Shown: positions 40,893 through 50,588, numbered from the stretch's first letter. The stretch: DNA of 64,000 nt from Methanothrix sp. (GCA_963682135.1 OY821645.1:1504001-1568000), one strand, 5' to 3'. Notes: generated by a model from the sequence alone, not told the origin. Made by a program: numbers and translations.

Positions 40893-41651
40893 ATGGAAGA
40901 ACAAGAGATGGGGGAGCTATTCTGGGAGATCCACAGCGGCAATCCAAGAGAAGGCCCCGGAGAGTTTCAATCCACAAAAAGGGCCTTTGATATGCTAAAA
41001 GATTTGCCATCCCATCCCTGGATACTGGACATTGGTTGTGGACCAGGCACACAGACTATAGATCTGAGCCTTTTAACCGATGGAACTATCATGGCAATCG
41101 ACAACCATCCACAATTTTTGGAGGATTTGGGCAAAAAAATCAGGCTAAGCGGGCTAATTGATAGGATAACCCCCCTTATCGGGGATATGTGCGATCTGCA
41201 TTTTGAAGAAGGCACCTTTGATATTATCTGGGCGGAAGGTTCCATTTACATCATAGGCTTTGAAAAAGGGTTTCTGCAATGGCGCACATTTCTGAAGGAC
41301 AGAGGATATCTTGTCGCCTCGGAGCTAACCTGGCTTCGAGCCGATGCTCCTGAAGAGATCAAGGGATACTTTATAAAGGAATATCCTGGCATGCAGGATA
41401 TCGAAGGTAATCTGAGGATTATTCAAGGGGCGGGCTATCGCCACATCGGTCACTTCGTCATTCCAAAGTCGGCTTGGTGGTGCTACTATTCTCCATTGGA
41501 AGAGAAAATCTCTCAACTGAGACAGAAGTACGAAGGTCTTCCGGGTGCTCTTGCAGTATTGGAGGATCATCAGAGAGAGATCGACATTTTCAGGCAGTAT
41601 TCTGAATACTATGGTTTTGTATTCTATGTGGCTCAGCTCGATTCAGGTTAA
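40893..41651 (+). CDS. Class I SAM-dependent methyltransferase
   Basis: REGPG, ILDIGCGPG, FDIIWAEGSIY. Confidence 0.9.
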   Translation: MEEQEMGELFWEIHSGNPREGPGEFQSTKRAFDMLKDLPSHPWILDIGCGPGTQTIDLSLLTDGTIMAIDNHPQFLEDLGKKIRLSGLIDRITPLIGDMCDLHFEEGTFDIIWAEGSIYIIGFEKGFLQWRTFLKDRGYLVASELTWLRADAPEEIKGYFIKEYPGMQDIEGNLRIIQGAGYRHIGHFVIPKSAWWCYYSPLEEKISQLRQKYEGLPGALAVLEDHQREIDIFRQYSEYYGFVFYVAQLDSG

Positions 41652-41778
41652 TGGATGATAATAATAGAATGAAACAGATAAACGCCTGATGGTGACGCAA
41701 ACACGTACTGGCAATACAACAGTGTTTCGTTATCTTCGTTATCATTGGGTGAAACAGGCAATTTAACGGGGTGAGAGC

Positions 41779-42303
41779 GTGATTTTCATTCGAGAAGAGG
41801 GACCTAAGGACATCGAAGAAATCAGGAAGCTAAACGAAAAAACTTTCATGCAGGCCTTCGGCCAAGCCTCAGAGGCAAATGTGATCGATAGTCTGCGTGA
41901 GAACTGCACAAACATCCTTTCTTTAGTGGCGGTTAAAGATGATCAAGTCGTAGGTCATATCCTTTTTAGTCCGGTCAAGGTTGACGGTGATAAGGTAATA
42001 GAGGGCACGGGGCTGGGCCCCATGGCTGTCCAGCCCGAGCTTCAGCGTCAGGGGATCGGCACCCAACTAGTCCAGGCAGGCATAGAGATACTCAAGCGTC
42101 GAGGAGATCCCTTCATTATCGTGCTCGGGCATCCAGAATATTATCCTTGCTTCGGCTTTGTGCGCGCCTCTGTGCACGGCATTCGCAGCCAGTGGGAAGG
42201 AGTTCCCGATGAGGCCTTCATGATCCTGATTTTGAATGATGAGGCCATGTTCGGTGCGTGTGGCGTTGCCAGATACAGAAACGAGTTCGATGAAGCCATG
42301 TAG
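41779..42303 (+). CDS. GNAT N-acetyltransferase (YhbS-like)
   Basis: VVGHILFS, LGPMAVQPELQRQGIG, VLGHPEYY. Confidence 0.9.
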   Translation: MIFIREEGPKDIEEIRKLNEKTFMQAFGQASEANVIDSLRENCTNILSLVAVKDDQVVGHILFSPVKVDGDKVIEGTGLGPMAVQPELQRQGIGTQLVQAGIEILKRRGDPFIIVLGHPEYYPCFGFVRASVHGIRSQWEGVPDEAFMILILNDEAMFGACGVARYRNEFDEAM

Positions 42304-42319
42304 TGGAAAGGCAGGGTGA

Positions 42320-43402
42320 TTGAATGGAGATGACGTTTTGGATCTTGTGTTGAGGAAGCTTGGCTGGAACGCATTTTTTGGCGAAAGTTTCCGAGAGCAT
42401 GTTGAAGGGCATGAGCCTGGAAGGATCTCCAGCGTAAATAAGAATGGCTGCAAAGTTTATACGAAGAACGGCGAAGTAAGGGCCAGGGTTTCTGGCAGGC
42501 TGCGCCAGGATGGCCAGTATCCTGCGGTCGGAGACTGGGTAGCAATTTCAGAGGATAATACAGGCACCTGCACTATACACGCCATATTGCCAAGGAAAAA
42601 CAAGATCTCTAGGAAAGATGCAGGGAGAGCGACTGGCGAGCAGGTGATCGTTACAAATATCGATATCGCATTCATCATGACCTCGCTCAACAGAGACTTG
42701 AATATGAGACGGCTGGAGAGGTACCTGGCCATTGTGAGACAGAGCGGCGTTGACCCTGTCATTGTATTAAATAAATCTGATATCTGTAGTGATGTTGATG
42801 CAAGGATAAATGATGTGTTGGCAATCGCGCCGGACGTGCCGGTACATGCAATTAGCGCGACAGAGGATGTCGGAATGGGATCTCTGTCACCATATCTTCA
42901 GGATGGCAAGACCGTTGTGCTGCTCGGCTCATCCGGTGTCGGAAAGTCCACCCTAATCAATGCACTAGACGGGGTTGAAAGGCAAAAAGTCGGTGAGATC
43001 AGGGAAGATGATAGTCGAGGACGGCATATTACGACTATGCGGGAGCTGATATTGCTAAAGAAGGGCGGAGTCATAATTGATAATCCGGGCATGAGAGAGC
43101 TCCAACTATGGGATGCCAGCGATGGGCTACTTACAACGTTTCTGGATATTGAGGAGCTTGCAGCAAAATGCAAATTTTCTGATTGCCGGCATGAGACTGA
43201 GCCAGGTTGTATGATCAAAAAGGCAATTGCAGACGGAACGCTTGCGGAAATCAGATTTGAAAGCTACCGAAAACTTCAGCGAGAGTTGCTGGCAGTCGAG
43301 AGACGGAAAAATCCTGATCTTCAGAGAGCCGAAAAGAAAAAGTGGAAAAAGATCGGGATTATGGCCAAAGAAATCCAGAATAGGAAAGAAAGAGGCATGT
43401 AA
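42320..43402 (+). CDS. rsgA: Ribosome small subunit-dependent GTPase A (circularly permuted)
   Basis: VGDWV, NKSD (G4), GSSGVGKS (G1), GRHITT, DNPG, CKFSDCRHETEPGC. Confidence 0.92.
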   Translation: MNGDDVLDLVLRKLGWNAFFGESFREHVEGHEPGRISSVNKNGCKVYTKNGEVRARVSGRLRQDGQYPAVGDWVAISEDNTGTCTIHAILPRKNKISRKDAGRATGEQVIVTNIDIAFIMTSLNRDLNMRRLERYLAIVRQSGVDPVIVLNKSDICSDVDARINDVLAIAPDVPVHAISATEDVGMGSLSPYLQDGKTVVLLGSSGVGKSTLINALDGVERQKVGEIREDDSRGRHITTMRELILLKKGGVIIDNPGMRELQLWDASDGLLTTFLDIEELAAKCKFSDCRHETEPGCMIKKAIADGTLAEIRFESYRKLQRELLAVERRKNPDLQRAEKKKWKKIGIMAKEIQNRKERGM

Positions 43403-43418
43403 AGGCCAGCCACCTTCT

Positions 43419-44192
43419 CTATGCAATTACATCTGACTGTGGAATTTCTCCAGAAACCTCCCTCATCAGCTCCTCAGCCCTCGCCAACTGCTCCTCGCTG
43501 CCCTGCAAGGCCAGCCAGACCGCTCCCTCCGCGCCGCCTACTCCGCCCGCGGCCAGCATCGCTGCTTCTGCTCCCGTGAGCAGCCGGATGGCCTCGATCT
43601 CAGTGAAGACCTCACCCGGCACGGGCAGCAGCCGAAAGCCGCTCTCACCGGGCGCATTGATTCGAGCGGCCAGCTCCATCAGGTCGCCAGGTACGCGCTT
43701 TTCCAGGCCCACAGGCAGGATGAGCCGCACTCTGCGGCCCACAGCCGCCTGCAGGGCGGTGATGGTCGTTCCCCCACGAGGATGGCCGATGAGCACAGCC
43801 ACCTGCTTTCTGGCCAGGTCCAGGGCATTAGCGCCCTTCAGGATGACATCGCCCTCACTCAAGCCTTCGGCGACGTCGAAGAGGGTCTTGCCCTTCTGCC
43901 AGACTCCTTTTACTATTACCACATCGCCGGGAAAATCGCTCTCATCTGGCAGCCTTCCTGTCTCGGTGGTCCTTCCCGGCGGCAGGACGATGCCCCGGAA
44001 AAATCTCTTTCGGGAAAACTCTTCTGCGTAGCCTGCCACTTTCAAGATCTCCTCAGCGACGTAACCGTTGGTGGTTCCGGCAATGATAACCAGTGTAGCG
44101 GAGGAAAGGGCCGTTCTGATGGTCGGGTGGATTGCCAGGGCTTTGCCTATGAGTCGCTTTGCTGCGGCGACAGTCAGGACGAATTGCATCAT
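43419..44192 (-). CDS. Conserved hypothetical protein
   Basis: [33 protein letters not shown]; start taken at MMQFVL. Confidence 0.75.
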   Translation of the reverse strand: MMQFVLTVAAAKRLIGKALAIHPTIRTALSSATLVIIAGTTNGYVAEEILKVAGYAEEFSRKRFFRGIVLPPGRTTETGRLPDESDFPGDVVIVKGVWQKGKTLFDVAEGLSEGDVILKGANALDLARKQVAVLIGHPRGGTTITALQAAVGRRVRLILPVGLEKRVPGDLMELAARINAPGESGFRLLPVPGEVFTEIEAIRLLTGAEAAMLAAGGVGGAEGAVWLALQGSEEQLARAEELMREVSGEIPQSDVIA

Positions 44193-44238
44193 GTCATTGG
44201 CGAAGATTTTTTGATAAAGATAAGCCCACCGGTGAGAT

Positions 44239-44949
44239 ATGCAAAGAAATGTCCTGGAGGCCATGCGCCTAGAGCTGCAGCAGAGCGCTGACGAGAAGAC
44301 CCGAGAGAGCGCTCAGCGCTTCTTCAAAGAGGAGGTTAAGTTCCACGGAGTGAAGAGCGCTGCCGTCAAGAAGATCGCCGCCAAGTATTTCCGGGAGATA
44401 AAAGGCCGAGACAAAAACGAGATTTTCTCTTTGTGCGAAGATCTCCTGCAGGCAAACTTTGGTGAGGAGGCCTTCATCGCCTTCGAGTGGTCCTATTCCC
44501 TGCGCAGTCAGTTCGTCCCCGAGGACTTTGCCGTTTTCGAGAGGTGGGTGGATCTGTACGTGGACAACTGGGCCAAGTGCGACACTCTCTGCAACCACAC
44601 CCTGGGAACCTTCGTGGAGATGTATCCCCAGTTCATCGATAACCTGGCAGTCTGGGCCCGCGCTGAGAATCGCTGGCTGAGACGCGCATCGGCGGTGACC
44701 CTGATCTTGCCGGCCAGAAAGGGGCTCTTCTTGAAAGAGGCTTTTGAGATCTCCGATATTCTCCTCATGGACAAGGATGATATGGTGCAGAAGGGCTACG
44801 GCTGGCTGCTCAAGGAGGCAAGCAAAAAGCATCCGGCTGAGGTCTTCGATTATGTGATGCGCAATAAGGCGCAGATGCCGAGAACGGCTCTGCGCTATGC
44901 CATTGAGAAGATGCCGGTGGAGATGAAAAAAGAGGCGATGGCGAGGTAG
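44239..44949 (+). CDS. DNA alkylation repair protein (AlkD-like)
   Basis: [37 protein letters not shown]. Confidence 0.9.
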   Translation: MQRNVLEAMRLELQQSADEKTRESAQRFFKEEVKFHGVKSAAVKKIAAKYFREIKGRDKNEIFSLCEDLLQANFGEEAFIAFEWSYSLRSQFVPEDFAVFERWVDLYVDNWAKCDTLCNHTLGTFVEMYPQFIDNLAVWARAENRWLRRASAVTLILPARKGLFLKEAFEISDILLMDKDDMVQKGYGWLLKEASKKHPAEVFDYVMRNKAQMPRTALRYAIEKMPVEMKKEAMAR

Positions 44950-44959
44950 GCTGACCGTT

Positions 44960-45013
44960 CTTTGCGCCGCTACGTGAAATTTGGCCGGATCAGTTTCACG
45001 CGAAGGCGCAAAG
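44960..45013. repeat. REP-like imperfect inverted repeat between convergent genes
   Basis: ctttgcgccgctacgtgaaa (44960-44979) versus tttcacgcgaaggcgcaaag (44994-45013); 16/20 complementary. Confidence 0.65.
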
Positions 45014-45032
45014 CCGCGAAGTCAAACGTCGG

Positions 45033-46016
45033 TTATTTCGGCCTGGCTGTACAAGTCTCCCTGAACTGGGCCGCCAGGCAGAGGATCTCAAACATAATCG
45101 TGGCTCCGGCCAGAGCCGTAATCCCTCCGGCATCGTAAGGTGGTGCCACCTCCACCAGATCCCCGCCGATGACATTCAGCCCGGATAGGCCCCGCAAGAC
45201 CTGGAGGGCCTCAAAGCTGCTCATGCCACCGACCACCGGGGTTCCGGTACCTGGGGCAAAGGCCGGGTCCAGGCAGTCAATGTCGAAGGAGATGTAGACC
45301 GGACCGTCACCCACCAGGCTCCTGATCTCCGAGATTACTTTTCTCCAACCCAGCTCATAGAACTCTTCGATATGAATTACTCTCATGCCGCTATCGTAAG
45401 AGAACTGCCAGAGCAGCTCAGCCGTGCCGCGAATGCCGATCTGCACCGTGCGCTTTGGGTCCACCAGCCCTGCCTCAACGGCATTTCTCATGGGGCAGCC
45501 ATGCTGCAATCCGCTTCCGTGGAAAGGTGCCGACGTATCGCAATGCGAGTCGAAATGGATGAGCCCGACCTTCTCTTTTGGAGAGAGGCCTTTGAGAATG
45601 GGAAAGGTTATGGAGTGATCCCCGCCCGCGGTTATGGCCAGGACATTGGCTGATGACAATTTCCTGTAGAATGATTCGATATCCGCGTGAGCCTCTTTCA
45701 GATCATACGTGGTCTGAAACGGCACGTCTCCAGCGTCCGCTACTCGATGAGTGGCAAAGGGCGACATGCGGCTGTAGTGGTTGTAGACACCCACCAGCCG
45801 GGACTGGTTTCGGATCTCCCGCGGGCCCAGGCGCGTGCCGCTGCGGTTGGTCACGCCCAGGTCAAAGGGCACGCCCACCAAAGCAATGTCCAGGCCGCTC
45901 GTCTCCCGCTGGTAGGGCGCACCGAAGAATGTGGTGATGCCGCTGTAAGGGGGCTGCATCATCTCGGGCGCGAAGGTCTTTGCGATCTCTGCGAGCCTTT
46001 TCAATTTATCGTCCAT
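45033..46016 (-). CDS. speB: Agmatinase/ureohydrolase (arginase family)
   Basis: GVPFD, GGDHSI, DSHCD, HG, SFDIDCLDPAFAPGTGTP, DLVEV; exact substrate uncertain. Confidence 0.85.
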   Translation of the reverse strand: MDDKLKRLAEIAKTFAPEMMQPPYSGITTFFGAPYQRETSGLDIALVGVPFDLGVTNRSGTRLGPREIRNQSRLVGVYNHYSRMSPFATHRVADAGDVPFQTTYDLKEAHADIESFYRKLSSANVLAITAGGDHSITFPILKGLSPKEKVGLIHFDSHCDTSAPFHGSGLQHGCPMRNAVEAGLVDPKRTVQIGIRGTAELLWQFSYDSGMRVIHIEEFYELGWRKVISEIRSLVGDGPVYISFDIDCLDPAFAPGTGTPVVGGMSSFEALQVLRGLSGLNVIGGDLVEVAPPYDAGGITALAGATIMFEILCLAAQFRETCTARPK

Positions 46017-46064
46017 AACATTTCACCGTAGATTCCTGCGCGAATGTACCGCCACTTTTTTTCA

Positions 46065-46316
46065 CTATCTATACGCCTTGCTGCGATTTTTTATTCGCAA
46101 TATCAATACTCCGTCCTGTTTCTTGGAATAGACGACCCGGTAATCTCCAATGCGCAGCTTGAAAAGTCCTTTGAACTGTCCGGTGAGCGCCTCTCCGCAG
46201 TCCGGGTTACAGGATAACTCCTCTTCCAGTTCTTTGATTACTCTCTTAGCAACCGACTTATCCAGATTCTTCAGGTCGTGGGCCACAGATGATTTGTACT
46301 CAATCAGGCAGGCCAA
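46065..46316 (-). CDS. RelE/ParE-family toxin
   Basis: LTGQFKGLFKLRIGDYRVVY...R..AY. Confidence 0.9.
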   Translation of the reverse strand: MACLIEYKSSVAHDLKNLDKSVAKRVIKELEEELSCNPDCGEALTGQFKGLFKLRIGDYRVVYSKKQDGVLILRIKNRSKAYR

Positions 46317-46533
46317 GAAGCACCCTCATCTCTTCGCTAGATACCACGTTGTCGTTTTTATCGTTCAAACGCTCCTGGGCAATCAGGTAATCTGAATAAT
46401 CCTCAAGATATGCCTGCAACGCTTTCTTGATGATATACGCCTTGGAGCGATCTATGGTTTCAGAAAGGCTCTTCAGGCTATCTGCCATGTCGTCTGGAAG
46501 CCTGATCGATACTGATGTGGAGATCCTAATCAC
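46300..46533 (-). CDS. RHH antitoxin (RelB-like)
   Basis: VSIRLPD...RSKAYIIKKAL..YLEDYSDY; overlaps the toxin start. Confidence 0.88.
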   Translation of the reverse strand: MIRISTSVSIRLPDDMADSLKSLSETIDRSKAYIIKKALQAYLEDYSDYLIAQERLNDKNDNVVSSEEMRVLLGLPD

Positions 46534-46653
46534 CTTGTATTACAATGAATTACAAATATATCAATGTCTCTACGTTCTGGCATAAGCCCACAAGGGCCTT
46601 GATGATATGGCTCTTGCTAGCATTGGACCGGATATGAAGTTGGTTAATCATGA

Positions 46654-47760
46654 TCATACTATATCCCAAAATAGGATGAACCAACAGCTTCCTGGTCCGC
46701 GAACGGCAGGTTTCCCATCGGCACCATAATTCATCATGATGAATTCGACCGTTTTTCCTACTTGATTGCCAAATTCTTCATAGACGAGATTCGTTTGTAT
46801 CACCGTTCTTGCTGCTGCTGTGTCTCGAATCCCGTTGAACTCAAATGATTGCAGGTGCTTCGAATTATATATTTCTCTTATGCGCGCAGGCATTGCATTT
46901 TTATTGTCGCCAGAATTCAATAAGATGCAATCAGCCATGGTACGGTAATCCGGCCTAGCCTTTTTCCAGTCTGAAAGGAACTCTGCGAGCTTCCTTTCTG
47001 GCGTCCCTTTTTCATAATCATCTGGGCCTCCGGTTGCGGGAATATTTTGGCCGAGTTTAATAACCCTTGGTTTCCATTCTTGCAGCTTTAGCTTCTCTGC
47101 TTCGTCATTGATGAACTGCGTGATCACTTGACTCAACGTTATTGGCTTTTCCGGAGGTTTTGGATCTAGTTTTAGAGTTTCCACTTCTACTGGGCCACGG
47201 GCTGCGGGGATATTTTGGCCGGGTTTAATAATTCTTGGTCTCCATTCTTGCAGCTTTAGCTTCTCTGTTTCGTTATCGTTGATGGGCTTGATCACTTGAC
47301 TCCAAGATATTGGCTGTTCCAGAGGGTTTGGGTCTAGTTTTAAAGTTTCCACTTCTTCTCGCAGGCAAGCTGTCTGGAGATCTGCATAAGCCTTCTCATT
47401 TGGCACCCTCCAGTCAATGTGTGCGAACTGGGCGATGACATCGGGCGGATTACAGTCAGCGATAAGGAGCGGGATAAAACGGCGCTGGGCATTGGTCGGA
47501 TCACGGAAGAGCAGGGTGTAGTGCTCCAGTTTTCCCCATTCGGAGGCGAAATAATCTCGGGACATGCACATGAGGAGAGTGCAGGACTGCTCAATGCCGT
47601 GCTGTATTTTTAGGGGAATCAAATCCCCTGGCTTGATGACCCAGTCGTCCAGCCAGACTCGCAGGCCATCTTTTTTCAAGCGCTCGGCCAGAGAATGGAC
47701 GATCTTCCTGTCTTTAGAACTGTAGCTGAGAAAAACGTCATATTCGAACTCACTGCTCAT
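46654..47760 (-). CDS. TIR-domain protein with duplicated 56-aa linker and unknown C-terminal domain
   Basis: YDVFLSYSSKD...LRVWLD...SEWGKLE...FIPL. Confidence 0.88.
   Translation of the reverse strand: MSSEFEYDVFLSYSSKDRKIVHSLAERLKKDGLRVWLDDWVIKPGDLIPLKIQHGIEQSCTLLMCMSRDYFASEWGKLEHYTLLFRDPTNAQRRFIPLLIADCNPPDVIAQFAHIDWRVPNEKAYADLQTACLREEVETLKLDPNPLEQPISWSQVIKPINDNETEKLKLQEWRPRIIKPGQNIPAARGPVEVETLKLDPKPPEKPITLSQVITQFINDEAEKLKLQEWKPRVIKLGQNIPATGGPDDYEKGTPERKLAEFLSDWKKARPDYRTMADCILLNSGDNKNAMPARIREIYNSKHLQSFEFNGIRDTAAARTVIQTNLVYEEFGNQVGKTVEFIMMNYGADGKPAVRGPGSCWFILFWDIV
47022..47356. repeat. 168-bp intragenic tandem duplication (56 aa) in the TIR gene
   Basis: gtttccacttct at 47177 and 47345; protein units EVETLKLDP...EKLKLQEW(R/K)PR.IK.GQNIPA. 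Confidence 0.85.
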
Positions 47761-47804
47761 TGCTCAATCGCCTTCGTTTCTGCCCCGCAAGTTTTGCTTG
47801 CGCC

Positions 47805-48611
47805 CTATTCACTTTCTTGGTCAAATAATCCTTGCTCAGCTTTCATAGCCCAATCGCGGATAGAAAACAGCGCCGCCCAAGCTTTTGCGGCGACCATCTT
47901 ATTATCGTAGCCAAGATCCATGCCGTGCAGTATGCCGTTTCGATACGGGATGGTTATCTGATCTGATGTTGTTTTATAGCGACCTTTATTGAAAACCCCA
48001 GCCAGTGATTTCAATCCTTTGCTATGGCCAGAGATAGAATTCCATGCATCCATGTTAGCATTTTCGACAAAGAAGCCGAGTTTCGATCCTCTTCCTTTCT
48101 CGTGCGCGTCATTGACTATTCCATTAAGCAGAGCAAGAACAACAGGGACACAAGCATGATAACGCGCCTCACGATAATCAATTCGTGCCTTTTGTGCCAG
48201 ATGCCACCTTGCGCTGAATGCATCCACACGTTTCATATTCTTTATATTCCACCCAACTTTCTCGTCATCATAGTAATTTACAAGGTCAGTTTCGGCACCA
48301 TCAATATCCCCCGACTCTGCTTTCTTTATCGCAGCCTTAGCAACTTCAAGATTCATAAGTTCATAGATGATCCAGCCGCGCTCTGCGAATAGATCATTGA
48401 ATCGATCTGGGATCGATGCCAGCTCTTCAGCCGAGCTACTTAGCGCCTCTACCTTTGCCAGCTCTAAATCGATTTTATCCACCTCAATTCCAAATTGCTT
48501 TAAGAATGGTTTTAAAAGAGGCAAAGCGTCTTTCGCATTTTTAAGATTTTGAATGTCTCGAATTGGCTTGTTAATTGTTGGTATATCCCGAATGCTTGGC
48601 TCTTTTTCCAT
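47805..48611 (-). CDS. Hypothetical protein with HEPN-type RxxxxH motif
   Basis: YRNGILHG preceded by the helix YHACVPVVLALLNG; AT-rich; start MEKEPS (ORF track start 48641). Confidence 0.65.
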   Translation of the reverse strand: MEKEPSIRDIPTINKPIRDIQNLKNAKDALPLLKPFLKQFGIEVDKIDLELAKVEALSSSAEELASIPDRFNDLFAERGWIIYELMNLEVAKAAIKKAESGDIDGAETDLVNYYDDEKVGWNIKNMKRVDAFSARWHLAQKARIDYREARYHACVPVVLALLNGIVNDAHEKGRGSKLGFFVENANMDAWNSISGHSKGLKSLAGVFNKGRYKTTSDQITIPYRNGILHGMDLGYDNKMVAAKAWAALFSIRDWAMKAEQGLFDQESE

Positions 48612-48698
48612 AGTATTTCGCCTGGAATCGCACTCTGACAATCTATAACAAATTGATTCGTTGTCTTGCGAATTATGTCATTGTTCGGGGAGGGACTA

Positions 48699-48875
48699 TT
48701 ACATCTCCCATCCCACATCGTACCTCGCCCCGCACTCCGGGCAGATGAGAATGATCTTGTAACCATCCTCAGCCCGCTGAAAAGAGCTGTGAAAGCCCAG
48801 CTCATAGCCGCATTGCGGACAGACCCTAAACTCTTCTCCCAGTTCTACCTTAACAATCTCTTCAGAAGCTTTCAT
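48699..48875 (-). CDS. Small CPxCG zinc-ribbon protein (58 aa; missed by the ORF track)
   Basis: MKASEEIVKVELGEEFRVCPQCGYELGFHSSFQRAEDGYKIILICPECGARYDVGWEM; AGGTGA RBS. Confidence 0.85.
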   Translation of the reverse strand: MKASEEIVKVELGEEFRVCPQCGYELGFHSSFQRAEDGYKIILICPECGARYDVGWEM

Positions 48876-48901
48876 GATCTCACCTTAGGAGTTGATCGTA
48901 G

Positions 48902-49735
48902 TCATGCATCATCTTCTTCTTCCTTCATCATAACATAATCGCCTATGTACCTGTGGCAGTGCGGGCAGATCATCTTCTTCCGATGCTTCTCTTTTCTTCT
49001 CTGCAACACCTCGTTGAATCCCGAGGCCAGAATGCCTGCCGGAAGGGCAAACAGGCCGACTCCTGCTATTACCACAAAAGAGCCTATGAATTTCCCTAGC
49101 GGCGTCTTGGGATAGATATCTCCGTAGCCCACAGTGGTCAGGGTGACCACTCCCCACCACATGGCATCGGGAATGTTGGCAAAAGCCTCCGGTTGAACCT
49201 CGTTCTCTGCTTCATAGACCATGCTGGATGCTACCGTGAGCATAATCAGGGTGGCAAACAATGTCACACCCAGCTCTTCCTTCTTGAGGTTGAGGACTTC
49301 GGCAAATGTCTTGAGCGCATCGGAATACCTGGCCAGCTTCAAGATCCGGAAGAGACGGAAGAGGCGTAAGGCTCGAACGAAGCGCAGGTCCGGGATGACG
49401 AATGGAAGGTAGAAGGGCAGTATGGCCAATAGATCAATAATCGCCATGGGAGTAATAAGATAGCGCAGCCTCCCCGAAATGGGCGCTCTGAACTTGGGAT
49501 TTTCGGTGCAGCTCCAGGCGCGCAGGATGTATTCCACTGTGAAGATTGCGACGGAAAAGAGATCGAAGGCACGAAATAGCCGCCCATAACTGGCATTAAT
49601 CCAGTCTACCGTCTCCAGGACCACAGCGGCTACGTTTAATACTATCAGTATCGTTATGAATGGATCGAAGTACTTGCTGTCTTCGTCACCCGGCTCTAGT
49701 ATGCCGAAGATTCGCGTCTTGAGCTTCATATTCAT
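48902..49735 (-). CDS. 6TM voltage-gated potassium channel
   Basis: S4 RFVRALRLFRLFRILKLAR; filter TTVGYGD; C-terminal CPHC. Confidence 0.95.
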   Translation of the reverse strand: MNMKLKTRIFGILEPGDEDSKYFDPFITILIVLNVAAVVLETVDWINASYGRLFRAFDLFSVAIFTVEYILRAWSCTENPKFRAPISGRLRYLITPMAIIDLLAILPFYLPFVIPDLRFVRALRLFRLFRILKLARYSDALKTFAEVLNLKKEELGVTLFATLIMLTVASSMVYEAENEVQPEAFANIPDAMWWGVVTLTTVGYGDIYPKTPLGKFIGSFVVIAGVGLFALPAGILASGFNEVLQRRKEKHRKKMICPHCHRYIGDYVMMKEEEDDA

Positions 49736-49787
49736 TGTCCGGAATTAGGAAGTGCTTTTTTGCATTTAAATTCTTTCCCGCGTAATT

Positions 49788-50588
49788 TTATGGGCCATCT
49801 TCGCCGTCCACTCTCTCCTGAGCATCCTTCTCCTCCCGCCGCCGCTCCAGCTCATCCACGAAACCGGATGTGAGAATCGACGTGGGCAGCGCGAAGGTGG
49901 CCACGCCTAGAATTATGATCAGCCCGCCTGCCAGCTTTCCCAGAGGAGTTATGGGGTAGAAATTGTCTCCGACGGTGGTCATGGTCAGCACCGCCCACCA
50001 CATGGTGGCAGGTATGTCAGGAAAACGGTGGGGCTGCGCTTCATGCTCCAGGAAATAGATCAAAGTCGAGGACAGCACCATGAAGAACATGATGGCTGAG
50101 AAACTCATGATCAGCTCGCGCTGTTGGGCGCGAATCACATCCATTATGGTCTGCAGGGACTCGGAGTAGCGGCTGAGCTTGAGCAGCCGGAAGGTCCAGA
50201 GAACGCGAAGGCTTCGCAGGAGAATATGATCTGCGGGAAAGGCCAGGGCAGCTAAGGTTGGCAATATTACCAGGAGGTCTATCAGCGCCAACGGAGTCAG
50301 TGCGAAGCGAAGCCGTCCCGAAAATGGAGGCCTGTATTTGGGGTCCACATCGCATGACCAGATGCGCAAAATGTATTCGATGGTGAAAATTATCACAGAG
50401 ATATCTGCGAAGTAATGAAACAGAACTTTATGGGCCGCATAGATGCTCTCCACAGTCTCCAGGACCACGGCGGTGACATTGAGGACCACCAGTACCAGCA
50501 TAAAGAGATTTACCGCCTCAGCGGTTTTATCCTCGGCATCGGTCGACTCCAGGATCTCATAAATGCGGACCTTGTAGCTTCTGGTCAT
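49788..50588 (-). CDS. 6TM Kv-like channel paralogue with non-canonical filter (TVGDN)
   Basis: S4 RSLRVLWTFRLLKLSR; pore WWAVLTMTTVGDNFYP. Confidence 0.9.
   Translation of the reverse strand: MTRSYKVRIYEILESTDAEDKTAEAVNLFMLVLVVLNVTAVVLETVESIYAAHKVLFHYFADISVIIFTIEYILRIWSCDVDPKYRPPFSGRLRFALTPLALIDLLVILPTLAALAFPADHILLRSLRVLWTFRLLKLSRYSESLQTIMDVIRAQQRELIMSFSAIMFFMVLSSTLIYFLEHEAQPHRFPDIPATMWWAVLTMTTVGDNFYPITPLGKLAGGLIIILGVATFALPTSILTSGFVDELERRREEKDAQERVDGEDGP

Noticed and set aside
46540-46653. Degenerate second copy of the antitoxin (SKSHIIKAL-like peptide)
   Set aside because: The similarity covers only a few residues and could be chance
47761-47807. Amber (pyrrolysine) read-through fusing the HEPN-motif gene to the TIR gene
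   Set aside because: The 44-nt gap is not a multiple of 3; read-through meets TGA at the TIR start
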